Positions 54,787-63,170 of a stretch of 64,000 bases of DNA are shown here, piece after piece (the stretch's first letter is position 1; the number at the start of each line of letters is the position of its first letter). This DNA comes from Dehalococcoidia bacterium (GTDB taxonomy: Bacteria; Chloroflexota; Dehalococcoidia; Lucifugimonadales; CBDEGW01), in contig CBDEGW010000004.1 of assembly GCA_965237935.1 (NCBI GenBank), positions 20,545-84,544 on the forward strand. The letters are read 5' to 3'. A model generated the notes under the pieces. It saw only the letters and a program-made list of their open reading frames with translations. It was not told the DNA's origin and did not search any database. Both the position numbers and the translations under genes were made by a program.

Positions 54787-56391
54787 TCAAGCTGTCGTCG
54801 GGCATGGGGACGGTGATTCCTCTTTCTCAAACGACGTGAGGTTTTCAGTAGGGATGCCAAGGGTGATGCTGACGTTGTTGTCGCGGTCAATGAGGACCTG
54901 ATCGACGAGCAACCGCAGGACATCCCGGCGCTTCTCTTGGGGCAGGTCGTCCAGACCGTGGCCGAACCTCCCGGCCCATTCAATCAGGTTCTCCATGAGC
55001 AGGCGCTTCTCAGACGCCATCGACTCCCTGGCGCGGAGGTCGTTCAGCGCGGCGCGCGCGGCCTCCAGTCGCTCGGTGATGAACCGCCGCTGCTGGTCGA
55101 GCTGGTCCTCGGTGATCTTACCCGACACGTACAGTCGGATGGCCCTCTCCTCCTCTACCTGGACCTTTTGGAGGTCGCGCTCCGCGCTGGCGATCCGGTC
55201 GGCCAGACCGCTGTCATCGTGGGCGTCGAGGGACTCGATGCCAGCCACTATGAGCTCGGGGTTCTGGACCATCTCCTTGACCTGGTTCCACACCAGCTCT
55301 TCCAGCTGTTCGGCCCTGATCATCGCGGGCATCCGGCAATCCATGTGCTCCCTGAGCATCCCGTAGCAGTGGTAGTGCCGCTGAGGGGTGACCCTGGCCT
55401 GCTTGCGGACCTTGCCCTTCCGTCTGAAGTAGGTGTGCGTGGAGGAGCGGCAGGCGAACATCAACCCGCACTCGGCGCAGCTGACGAGGTGCTGGAGCAG
55501 ATAGAATATCTTGGTGTTGCGCTTGGACCGTACCGTCCGCTGTTTCTTGATGGCCTGCGCGCGGTCCCAGGTCTCCTCCTCCACCAGGGGCGGAAACGGC
55601 ACCTCTATCCACTTATCTTCCGGCTGCGGGTAGATTCTCTCTCCGGCCTCCATCACGACCCAGCGGGCCTTGCCGTAGTGCCAGGCGCCCTTGTAGACCT
55701 CCCTGCCGAGAATGGCGCTGATGTATGCCTTGTGCCACCGGGACCCGGGATTTCTCAATGGGGCGTCGTCGCTGGTCATCCGTTCGCAGATTGGCGTCCC
55801 GGCCAAACCCTCGTGAACGTACATGTGGAAGATGCGCCGAACGACCTCGGCCTCCGGCTCGCATATCTCCGGCTTGCCGTCGTCTCCGGTCCGATACCCG
55901 TAGGGGGGCGCTCCGGCGGGCATCCGGCCCTGCTTGGCCGAGCCGCGCTTGCCCATGGTGGACCGCTCCCGGAAGTTGTCCAGCTCTATCTTGCCGATGG
56001 CGGCCATGAGGCCGAAGGTCTTCATGTCGATGGCGTCCATGACGGCTTCCAGCTGTATCTGATGAGCCTCGACGACCTCCATGAGGGCGGCGGCGGGGTA
56101 CATGCCCCTGCTGAGGCGGTCGGACTTCCAGCAGACGATGGTGTCGAAGCGTTCCCGCTTGGCATCGGCCAGCATCCTCTGGAACTCCGGGCGCTTCTTG
56201 GACCAGCCCCGGCCCACCTCCTGGTATCGGGCCGTGATGGTCAAGCCCTTGCGCTCGCAGTAGGCTTCCATCTCGCCTGTCTGCTCGGATATGGAGGTCT
56301 TGTCGTCCTCGGCCTGGCTCTTGTCCGAAACGCGGGCGTAGATGGCCGCCCTCTTGCCGGTTACTCGCTCCCTTGCCCTGGTTCTCGCCAT
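54787..56391 (-). CDS. Large serine recombinase (resolvase N-domain + recombinase domain + zinc ribbon + coiled coil)
   Basis: AAIYARVSDKSQ (nucleophile Ser)...FDTIVCWKSDRLSRG, then YGYR...recombinase domain, a Cys cluster VSCAECGLMFACR...HYHCYG and a long coiled coil. Start set at ATG 56391, 6 nt after GGAGG. The track extension to 56538 is rejected. Confidence 0.9.
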   Translation of the reverse strand: MARTRARERVTGKRAAIYARVSDKSQAEDDKTSISEQTGEMEAYCERKGLTITARYQEVGRGWSKKRPEFQRMLADAKRERFDTIVCWKSDRLSRGMYPAAALMEVVEAHQIQLEAVMDAIDMKTFGLMAAIGKIELDNFRERSTMGKRGSAKQGRMPAGAPPYGYRTGDDGKPEICEPEAEVVRRIFHMYVHEGLAGTPICERMTSDDAPLRNPGSRWHKAYISAILGREVYKGAWHYGKARWVVMEAGERIYPQPEDKWIEVPFPPLVEEETWDRAQAIKKQRTVRSKRNTKIFYLLQHLVSCAECGLMFACRSSTHTYFRRKGKVRKQARVTPQRHYHCYGMLREHMDCRMPAMIRAEQLEELVWNQVKEMVQNPELIVAGIESLDAHDDSGLADRIASAERDLQKVQVEEERAIRLYVSGKITEDQLDQQRRFITERLEAARAALNDLRARESMASEKRLLMENLIEWAGRFGHGLDDLPQEKRRDVLRLLVDQVLIDRDNNVSITLGIPTENLTSFEKEESPSPCPTTA

Positions 56392-56699
56392 GATTGCCTC
56401 CTCTCCGTCTAACCCTCTGAAACTAAGAAGACCCGCCTCCTGTCGGGAGCGGGTCTGCGAGTAGTACAATACCACTGCATCACCTGTCTCTTTCAGGTGG
56501 CGCCACGGCCCGGGGTGTTTGCTGCATCGCCGGGCCAACTTTCTGTCCCCATGATACCCCTATTGGCCGGTCCGCGTCAAAGGTCTTGTTGACAGCCTCC
56601 GCCGCTTCGTGGTAGCGCTCTGACACCACCCCTATCGATTCGACGGTAGGGTCGAGACCGCCCACTGTGGCGGTCTCTGTCTTTGTAAGGGAGTAGGGA

Positions 56700-57330
56700 T
56701 TGATCACCAACGTTTACATCGACGGCTTCAATCTCTCCTACCGCGCCCTGAAGGACACCCCGTTCAGGTGGCTCGACCTGCGGAGGCTGGCCGAGACGCT
56801 CTTCCCTGAAGACGCCGTCAACAGGGTCAGCTACTTCACGGCCCGGCTCGACGCGCGTCCCGGCAACCCGGGGCAGGCTCAGCGGCAGCTCATATATCTG
56901 AGAGCCCTGGCGACCGTGCCGGGCTTCGACGCCTACTACGGGGTCTTCCGCTCCGGCGTCAAGCGGCGCCCGCTGGCCGAGCCGGTGGCGGGGGCTGCCG
57001 ACACACGTCCTGGTCAGGGACTTGGAGGAGAAGGGGTCTGACGTGAACCTCGCCACCCGTCTGTTGGTGGACGGGTTCAACGGGGAGTACGAGCAGGCGG
57101 TCGTCGTGTCGAACGACGCGGACTTCGCCGGTGCGATGCGGTACGTGCGAGACGACCTTGGGCTTCGCGTCACGCTGGTCAACCCGGACCCCAGGAACAG
57201 CAGTCCCAGGGAATTGACCGACGCCGCGACCTACGTCAAGCGTCTGTGGAAGAGCCACCTGAGACGGAGCCAGCTTCCCGACACGCTGATGGACGGGGTA
57301 GGCGTCATCGGCAAGCCCGCCGGGTGGTGA
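56700..57330 (+). pseudogene. NYN-domain (LabA/DUF88-like PIN-fold) gene, frameshifted
   Basis: ORF 56700-57041 (VYIDGFNLSYRALKD...VSYFTARLD) and ORF 57022-57330 (EEKGSDVNLATRLL...VVVSNDADF) are the N- and C-halves of one NYN protein in different frames. The switch lies at or near the G5 run at 56990-56994. Confidence 0.7.
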
Positions 57331-57450
57331 CGCTCCCGCCGTCGTTCTTCCGGGCTCCTCAGACGCCACAGTGTCCCTCGCACTCATTGCCGAAGCCGTC
57401 TCTCTGCCCGTCCGGTCCCATCTCCGCCTCGTCGAGACTGACCGCCTCGG

Positions 57451-58111
57451 CTAGGGGCATCCGCAGCATGTGAGATAGGGCGTCTTGTCCAGGGCCAGAC
57501 CCCGATTGGAGTCCCGCAGGTTGGCGTCGATCTGCACCGCCTCGGCGAACAGGTCCGGCCACCTGCGCTTCGTCTCCACCCAACGCTGGCGTGACTGGAA
57601 GGGGCAGGCGACGCAGGTGGAGCGTTCCAGGGGCCTGTCGTAGCGTGCGGCCCACCAGTCGATACAGTCCTGCCTGGACATCGCCGCCTCGATGAGCGGG
57701 TAGCGGTTGGTTATCCACCTGTCGCGTGATGTCTTCATGCGTATGGCCTCGTCGGTGGAGATGCCGAGCCAAAGCTCGACGGTCACGCCTGACGGGACTC
57801 GCTGCCTCGGTTTGAGTCCGAGCAAGTCGCGTATCTTCTTGCGGATGGGTCTTATCTTGTAGTTGTCGGTGCACTGGCGCCTGCCGATGCCGTCTCCCTC
57901 TCCGTCGCGTCCCTTGAGGTAGACGGGGATGTCGACGTAGTTTTGGGAGCCTGAGTGGTTGGTGAGGGCCTTCACGTCCTCCCTGAGGCTTCGCCCGTTG
58001 TCCACGACGTGCAGGGGAAACCCGAGCTGCCCAGCCAGCCATTCCAGGTGGGTGTAGATAGTGGACGCCTCCTCCCAAACTGATGACGGTCAGGGACGGT
58101 TCGGGCCGCAT
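57451..58111 (-). pseudogene. Phage/ICE-type PAPS-reductase-like gene with internal deletion and frameshift
   Basis: The N-terminal MRPEPSLTVISLGGGV (P-loop-like SxGxG start) reads, after GGC GTC CA, straight into the frame encoding STIYTHLEWLAGQLGFPLHVVDNGRSL...LGISTDEAIR...YPLIEAAMSRQDCIDWW...CVACPFQS. The about 40 residues normally between them are missing. Confidence 0.6.
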
Positions 58112-58398
58112 CAGGCTTCCTCCCCGGCATCGTCTTCAATGGGCGGGGCGTCGGAGAGCGAGCCCTTCTCCGAAGCGGCCAGTCGCTCCTCCGCGGCGTG
58201 TTCAAGCAGGATGGTAAAGAGGCGACGCAGGCGGTCCTGGGAGTCGGGAGCGGGTTTGCAGTTGATCGCCACAACGCGCAGCTCGCCGGGGGCTCTGTCG
58301 CCGATCTTCGATTGTGCCCGGCTCATGGATTCTTTCAAGACGATGCTCTCGTCGCATTCGCCTGCTCTCGACCCGGCAGAGGCCGGTCGGACACGCAA
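58111..58398 (-). CDS. Hypothetical small protein
   Basis: 95-aa ORF (the start may be the internal ATG at 58326). ATGA overlap with the downstream pseudogene. No motif recognised. Confidence 0.4.
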   Translation of the reverse strand: MRVRPASAGSRAGECDESIVLKESMSRAQSKIGDRAPGELRVVAINCKPAPDSQDRLRRLFTILLEHAAEERLAASEKGSLSDAPPIEDDAGEEA

Positions 58399-58597
58399 AG
58401 CGAACGCTGGTGCTGCAACCAGTGTGGTAGCTGGGGGAGCGGAGCGTTATCCCTTGGAAGGGATTACGTGCGTGTAGTCCCCTGGGAGGGACTTCATCCA
58501 TGTAATCCCCTTGAGGGTCTGGGGCCGACGCCGGGCGGCGACGAGGGCGCGTCAGGCAGCGGCCAGGAAGAAGGGAGAAGACGGCGGGAGCGTCGTC

Positions 58598-58861
58598 CTA
58601 GCGGCCGCGCACCCTCACCCTGGGGAGCAGGTGTCCCAGGCCCATGCCGTCGGCGAGGTCCTGGAGGGCGATCAGGTGGTGCATGTTGGGCTGGACGCCC
58701 TGCCGCCACCGCCACAGGTTGACGACGCTGGTGCCGAGGCGGCGGGCTATTTCGGCCCAGGTCAGCCCGGAAGCCTCTTGGAACCTTTCAAGGGCCTTGG
58801 CGAAGTCGCCGGTCAGAACATAGGTGGTTCTCTTGGTGCGTCTGACGCGCTTGCGGGGCAT
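58598..58861 (-). CDS. Small HTH protein, paralog B
   Basis: Starts at ATG 58861, 9 nt after AGGAGG. MPRKRVRRTKRTTYVLTGDFAKALERFQEASGLTWAEIARRLGTSVVNLWRW. The longer track ORF (to 59122) overlaps paralog A and is rejected. Confidence 0.55.
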   Translation of the reverse strand: MPRKRVRRTKRTTYVLTGDFAKALERFQEASGLTWAEIARRLGTSVVNLWRWRQGVQPNMHHLIALQDLADGMGLGHLLPRVRVRGR

Positions 58862-58865
58862 GTGG

Positions 58866-59189
58866 TCAGTCCTCCTTGAGGGGGTCCAGGAAGTCGTCTC
58901 CCATGAGGATGTCGAGACCGCCCGGTACCCAGGGCGCGAGACGCACCAGGGAGTGGTAGGCCCCTCCGGACGGCTCGGTCCCGTTCGCCCACCGGATGAG
59001 CTGCTTGGGCTCCACCCCCAGCAGATCGGCCAACTCGTCCCAGGTGACGTCGGCGGCCTCCTTGAAGCGGACGAGCCGTTTCCCGAAGTCGCGGGGAAGC
59101 TCGCCGTCTCCTTTGGGCACAAGACGGCCGTCTATGACGGGGTCCCCCGCATAGATGGACAGGCGAGGGGAGCTAGGCGTCGTCGTCAT
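58866..59189 (-). CDS. Small HTH protein, paralog A
   Basis: MTTTPSS...ELPRDFGKRLVRFKEAADVTWDELADLLGVEPKQLIRW. Its start overlaps the end of the upstream XRE gene. Confidence 0.55.
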   Translation of the reverse strand: MTTTPSSPRLSIYAGDPVIDGRLVPKGDGELPRDFGKRLVRFKEAADVTWDELADLLGVEPKQLIRWANGTEPSGGAYHSLVRLAPWVPGGLDILMGDDFLDPLKED

Positions 59190-59406
59190 GGCGCAGCTCG
59201 AACAGTTCATCGAAATCATCGATCCCCAGGACCGTTTGCATCCGCCGTTGGATGCGTCCCGAGGGGGCGCGCCCCTCGTTGATGAGCGTGGACAGGTAGC
59301 CTCGGCTGATGCCCGTCTCGCGGGCCAGCCAGTTCTGGGAGCGGCCGAGCAGTCCCAGCCGATCCCAAAGGGCTCTGGTCTTGAGCAGTACGACGGTGCG
59401 TCTCAT
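59173..59406 (-). CDS. XRE-family HTH regulator (Cro-like position)
   Basis: 77 aa. LLGRSQNWLARETGISRGYLSTLINEGRAPS is an HTH_3 pattern. First gene of the leftward operon. Confidence 0.75.
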   Translation of the reverse strand: MRRTVVLLKTRALWDRLGLLGRSQNWLARETGISRGYLSTLINEGRAPSGRIQRRMQTVLGIDDFDELFELRHDDDA

Positions 59407-59430
59407 GGCGGTCGTTGGAGTCCTCCTGTA

Positions 59431-59515
59431 CTCTAAGTGTTACTTATAGTATAGTGTAATCACAGAGCAGATGGCATGTCAAGAACTAATGTGCTATTCT
59501 CTAAGCTGTGATTAT
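59431..59515. promoter_or_regulatory. Divergent promoter/operator region between the two XRE genes
   Basis: An AT-rich island in GC-rich DNA. Inverted repeat TAATCACAG (59457-59465) / CTGTGATTA (59506-59514). Direct repeat CTCTAAG(T/C)TGT at 59431 and 59499. Has TATAGTATAGT -10-like sequences. Confidence 0.45.
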
Positions 59516-59552
59516 CCCATCGCATGAGCGCTGAACAGGAGCGTCCAAATCC

Positions 59553-59921
59553 ATGACCGAAGACCGGGGCTATAGGTGGAAGAGCATCGGCGCCCGCATC
59601 AAGGAGGCGAGGCTCAAGGCCGGACTTACCCAGAAGCGGGTGAGCGAGCTGGCGGGGGTCAGCCCCCACGCCGTCTGGTCCTGGGAGGCGGGCAAGATGA
59701 AGCCCACCCCGGAGCATCTGCTGGAGCTGGCCTACCAGTGCGAGACGAGCACCGACTGGCTGCTGGGACGGGACGTGGTGGAGGCGGAGATACTGAAGGA
59801 GGCGGACGTCTCCTTCCGCAATGCCATCGAGGGCTTGCCGATGGAGGACCTGGAGTCGATCATGGAGTTCATCCGCTTCGTGCGGGGGCAGCGACGGAGG
59901 AGGGACCGGGCTGAGAGATGA
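59553..59921 (+). CDS. XRE-family HTH regulator (CI-like position)
   Basis: IGARIKEARLKAGLTQKRVSELAGVSPHAVWSWEAGKMKPTPEHLLELA HTH_3 pattern. 4-nt overlap with the ImmA-like gene. Confidence 0.82.
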   Translation: MTEDRGYRWKSIGARIKEARLKAGLTQKRVSELAGVSPHAVWSWEAGKMKPTPEHLLELAYQCETSTDWLLGRDVVEAEILKEADVSFRNAIEGLPMEDLESIMEFIRFVRGQRRRRDRAER

Positions 59922-60346
59922 AGCGGGCGCAGCGGAAGGCGGAGCAACTGCGGCGGAAGCTGGGGCTGTCCGGCCGGGTGGACGCCGAGGCGGTGGCCGA
60001 CATCCTGGGGTTGGAGGTGGTGCCGTGGCCGATGGAGGTCCAGCAGGAGATGCAGATGGGCCGATTCATCGGCGTGGCCGAGCGCCTGGACCCTCGCTGG
60101 CGGCGCTGGGTGATAGCCCACGCCATAGGGCACCGGCTCCTGCACAGCGGCAACCACCTGTGGATACGCGATCACACGAGCCTCGGCAGCCTGTACGAGC
60201 GGGAGGCCGAGGACTTCGCCCGCGCCCTGCTGATGGACGTGGACGAGGCTATGGAAGAGGGCCTGAGCGAGCTGTGGGAGGTGGCGGAGCACTTCGGGGT
60301 GCCGGAGGAGGAGGTCGTTCTTCAGGCGCCCATGAGGATGGAGTGA
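59918..60346 (+). CDS. ImmA/IrrE-like (M78 fold) protein with HAIGH in place of HExxH
   Basis: 142 aa, in the classical position downstream of an XRE repressor. The region WVIAHAIGHRLLHSGNH...EREAEDFARALLM aligns with the HExxH...E...A..LL core of ImmA/IrrE, but the Glu is Ala. Confidence 0.72.
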   Translation: MKRAQRKAEQLRRKLGLSGRVDAEAVADILGLEVVPWPMEVQQEMQMGRFIGVAERLDPRWRRWVIAHAIGHRLLHSGNHLWIRDHTSLGSLYEREAEDFARALLMDVDEAMEEGLSELWEVAEHFGVPEEEVVLQAPMRME

Positions 60347-60417
60347 GCTCGTTCTCCGACGTCGACGCGGCGTCCGGCCCTATGCGGTTAGACCGGAAGG
60401 ACAAGCAGGAGGGAGCA

Positions 60418-60699
60418 ATGCTGGAAGTGCGATACCCGAATGTGGAGGTCCGGATCACGGAGGAGTACCCCTGGGGCTACGACGGGGAGGACGACGAGTT
60501 CTACAGCGTCGAGAACCCCGACGCTGCCGGCATACTGGAGCGGGTGCGCAGCGCGCTCAGGGAAGGTGGGGTCGGCGACGAGGAGATAGAGGCGTACACG
60601 ACGGAGGCCACTTCGCGTTGCTACAACCACCTGCTGCTCACGACGATGACGTGGGTGCGGACACACTGGGATGGGCCTGATTATGCGACGACGCCTTGA
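60418..60699 (+). CDS. Hypothetical small acidic protein
   Basis: 93 aa from the ATG at 60418, after GGAGGGAG. MLEVRYPNVEVRITEEYPWGYDGEDDEFYSVENPD... Only the 3' part of the 292-aa track ORF is credible. Confidence 0.45.
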   Translation: MLEVRYPNVEVRITEEYPWGYDGEDDEFYSVENPDAAGILERVRSALREGGVGDEEIEAYTTEATSRCYNHLLLTTMTWVRTHWDGPDYATTP

Positions 60700-60720
60700 G
60701 GGTCTTCTTCGTCCTGGCCC

Positions 60721-61479
60721 TCACCGCCTGACGATTCCCTGTGGGTCTCGTCGGGTCGCCTTCCTGTTGAGGGCATGGTCCAGTATGGAGAAGGCTTCGT
60801 GGATGCCGTGGGTCTCGACCCTGGGGATGGGTTCCTCCTCCTGCTTGAGGAGGGCATGGGCGATGAGGTCGGCCATCTGGAGGAGATAGTCGCCGTCGGA
60901 GCTGCGGAACGCGGGGCCTCCGATGAGGTTCTCTACAGGGATGTTCCTGGTCCTCTCGCCCTCCTCCCACGCCTCATATCGGCTGGGCACGGGGTTGAAT
61001 ATCCTCAGCCTGCGGTAGGCCCGGGTGATCATCTTCTCTTTGCCTTTGTCGAAGATGAGGAAGGCGTGTCGGCCCGCCGCCTTGACCGAGCTGTTGATGC
61101 GGTTGAGGAGCCGGTCGAGGCTGACCTTCTCGTACGCCTTCACGGCGGACTTGCGGATGCAGACGTTGATGACCTCTACGCCGCCGATGCGGATGGCGGC
61201 GTCCTCAATGCGGCGCAGCCCGTCCAGGAAGACCTCCGCCCCCTGCCGGGGCGAGAGCCGCTCGTTGGAGCCTCCGTTGCGGGCCAGCATCCCTCTTCCC
61301 GCCAGCAGGTCGCAGGCGTGAAGCTCCCGGTCCGGAGGGATGGCGTAGCGCTCCTGAAGCTCCCTTCTCCACTTGTAGATGTCGCCGAACAGGTCGTTCC
61401 ACCGCTCGGCGTCGACGCCCAGGGCGGTTCGGACGTAGCGGCGGGGTCCTTCGGACTCGTCGATGTAGTACAGACGCAT
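60721..61479 (-). CDS. DUF3800-family protein
   Basis: MRLYYIDESEG... start typical of DUF3800 (ATG 61479, GGAGG 9 nt upstream). The track ORF extension to 62064 is an Arg/Pro-rich artefact. Confidence 0.68.
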   Translation of the reverse strand: MRLYYIDESEGPRRYVRTALGVDAERWNDLFGDIYKWRRELQERYAIPPDRELHACDLLAGRGMLARNGGSNERLSPRQGAEVFLDGLRRIEDAAIRIGGVEVINVCIRKSAVKAYEKVSLDRLLNRINSSVKAAGRHAFLIFDKGKEKMITRAYRRLRIFNPVPSRYEAWEEGERTRNIPVENLIGGPAFRSSDGDYLLQMADLIAHALLKQEEEPIPRVETHGIHEAFSILDHALNRKATRRDPQGIVRR

Positions 61480-61484
61480 GGTGT

Positions 61485-62672
61485 TCATCCTCCGTCTCGA
61501 GTTCGTTCCCGAGAGGCGGGCTGGAGGGCGTAGACGGCCTCCCAGCGGCCGCCCGGGGCCAGCCAGGCCCGTCCCAGCGGCCCTTCGCGCTCCAGCAGAC
61601 CCCGGTGGGAGACAAGCAGTGGCACCTCCACATCGGACCGCGCCATCTGCTCCTGCGCCACTCGCAGAAAGTGGGTTGCGGCCAGCTCGTCGTGGAAGAC
61701 GACCAGGACGATGGGCTGTGCGCCGTGGTCGTCGGTGGGGCGGTGGGTTGAGTAGTAGCGCAGGCAGGGCGCAAGCCGTTCCGCCATCGTCGAAGGGCGC
61801 ACTGCCCGGCGCTCCCACTCCAGGAAGAAGGGCCAGGTCGCGGAGCCTCGGCGTAGGACGCCGAAGGCGTCGGGATTCACCGAGCGCAGCCCTCCGGCGT
61901 GTCGGAAGTAGCGGGAAGCCCGAAAGGGCGGCGCGAGTTGACTCAACTCCCAGCCCAGGGATCGGGACTGTTTTGCCAAGGCAGATATGAAGCTGTGGAC
62001 GGCTGCGGTGTGCTCGACGTTCCTGAGAAGCTGGCGGCTCCTCCCGCCGGGGACGTTGCGCCAAGCTTCGCGACCGTTAAGGTGTATTGGCTCGACGCTC
62101 CAACGTTTCCTGGCCGCACCCACGGAGGCGCGGTCCCTCCGGGCAAGGAGCGCCAGCCCCCGGTTGGAGAGGGCCAGGCGGCGGCCCTTCATGACGACCC
62201 GCCGGACCAGCCCAGCCTCGGTCAGGGGGGCCATGATCTCGTAGAAGCGGGCGCGCGAGACGCCCAGCAGCCCGCGCACATGCTCCGGCGCGATTCCCGG
62301 CCAGTCGTAGAGCAGGTCGAGGACGCGCTTCTCGGCGGGCTTCAGCAGGGCTGGCAGCAGCCAGTCTGAGGTCTGAGTCACCGGACTTTCCATGTCAATG
62401 TCCTCCGGGAGGCTCGCCCTCAGCGGTTCAGGTTCCGTGGGGAGGACACCCCTGGACGCCACGTAGGAGGAGAGGACGTAGCGGAGGTCTAGAGAGGCGG
62501 CGACGGAGGGCAGACGCCAGACGGGTTCCGCGGGGCCTGCCAGTACGGCGTCCCTCTCCAGGGCTAGGAGTGCGGACACCGGCGAGCCGTCGAGAAGCCT
62601 GCGGGCGTGCCTCAGCCGCACCTGGTCGGTCATGAGCATGAAGACGACTCCGGGGAGCGGTCCTTCTCTCAA
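61485..62672 (-). CDS. Replication-relaxation family protein (wHTH + Replic_Relax-like domain)
   Basis: A wHTH segment (RVLDLLYDWPGIAPEHVRGLLGVSRARFYEIMAPLTEAGLV), then PDAFGVLRRGSATWPFFLEWERRAVRPSTMAERL, the pattern I associate with plasmid/ICE replication-relaxation proteins. Start uncertain. Confidence 0.6.
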   Translation of the reverse strand: MREGPLPGVVFMLMTDQVRLRHARRLLDGSPVSALLALERDAVLAGPAEPVWRLPSVAASLDLRYVLSSYVASRGVLPTEPEPLRASLPEDIDMESPVTQTSDWLLPALLKPAEKRVLDLLYDWPGIAPEHVRGLLGVSRARFYEIMAPLTEAGLVRRVVMKGRRLALSNRGLALLARRDRASVGAARKRWSVEPIHLNGREAWRNVPGGRSRQLLRNVEHTAAVHSFISALAKQSRSLGWELSQLAPPFRASRYFRHAGGLRSVNPDAFGVLRRGSATWPFFLEWERRAVRPSTMAERLAPCLRYYSTHRPTDDHGAQPIVLVVFHDELAATHFLRVAQEQMARSDVEVPLLVSHRGLLEREGPLGRAWLAPGGRWEAVYALQPASRERTRDGG

Positions 62673-62687
62673 CCGCCAGAGCCGCTT

Positions 62688-63170
62688 CTAAAAGCCCGTC
62701 CTGTCCGACGTCAGTCCCTGCCTGACCACACCCACGATGCGTCCGCCGGGAAGCGTTATGACGGCATCGAGGGGTGCGGACCTGTACCAGCGCAGCCCCA
62801 CGGGACCGCACTCTGCGGCGATGGACGAGGCCAGCCGGTAGATGACGGCCACCCCGTCCAGTCTCTCCATGAGGATGCGACGCCGCTGGGCCGAGACGGG
62901 GTACGCACGGAGCAGCTCGTCCGGAGCGATGCCCTCTGCTTCGGCCAGCCTTCTCAGCCCAGCGACGGTGAGCCAGTAGCGCCGGGTTGCCCTCAGCAGG
63001 TCGCTGGCGTGGATGACGGACGCAGCCAGCCCCCGGCGTTCGAGTGCGGACACGGCGGCGTAGGCGGAGCGGTCGGCCGTGCCGGAGACGGCGGCCAGCT
63101 CCAGCCGGTCGAGAAAGGGCATGGAGGCCAGTCGCCGCAAGATGGGCAGGTCTGGTTCCGCGGCGCTCAC
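62688..63170 (-). CDS. wHTH protein, shorter paralog-like of the replication-relaxation N-terminal region
   Basis: 160 aa. LRRLASMPFLDRLELAAVSGTADRSAYAAVSALERRGL... 4-nt overlap with the upstream coupling-protein gene. Confidence 0.45.
   Translation of the reverse strand: MSAAEPDLPILRRLASMPFLDRLELAAVSGTADRSAYAAVSALERRGLAASVIHASDLLRATRRYWLTVAGLRRLAEAEGIAPDELLRAYPVSAQRRRILMERLDGVAVIYRLASSIAAECGPVGLRWYRSAPLDAVITLPGGRIVGVVRQGLTSDRTGF

Noticed and set aside
54937-56412. 491-aa plus-strand ORF
   Set aside because: Antisense to the large serine recombinase, which has clear catalytic and zinc-ribbon motifs.
59821-60417. First 200 or so residues of the 292-aa plus-strand ORF; also the extension of 60721-62064 beyond 61479 and the ORF at 62428-63291
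   Set aside because: These are alternative frames across genes with real motifs (ImmA-like, replication-relaxation, wHTH). The products are Arg/Gly/Pro/Ala-rich with no motifs.
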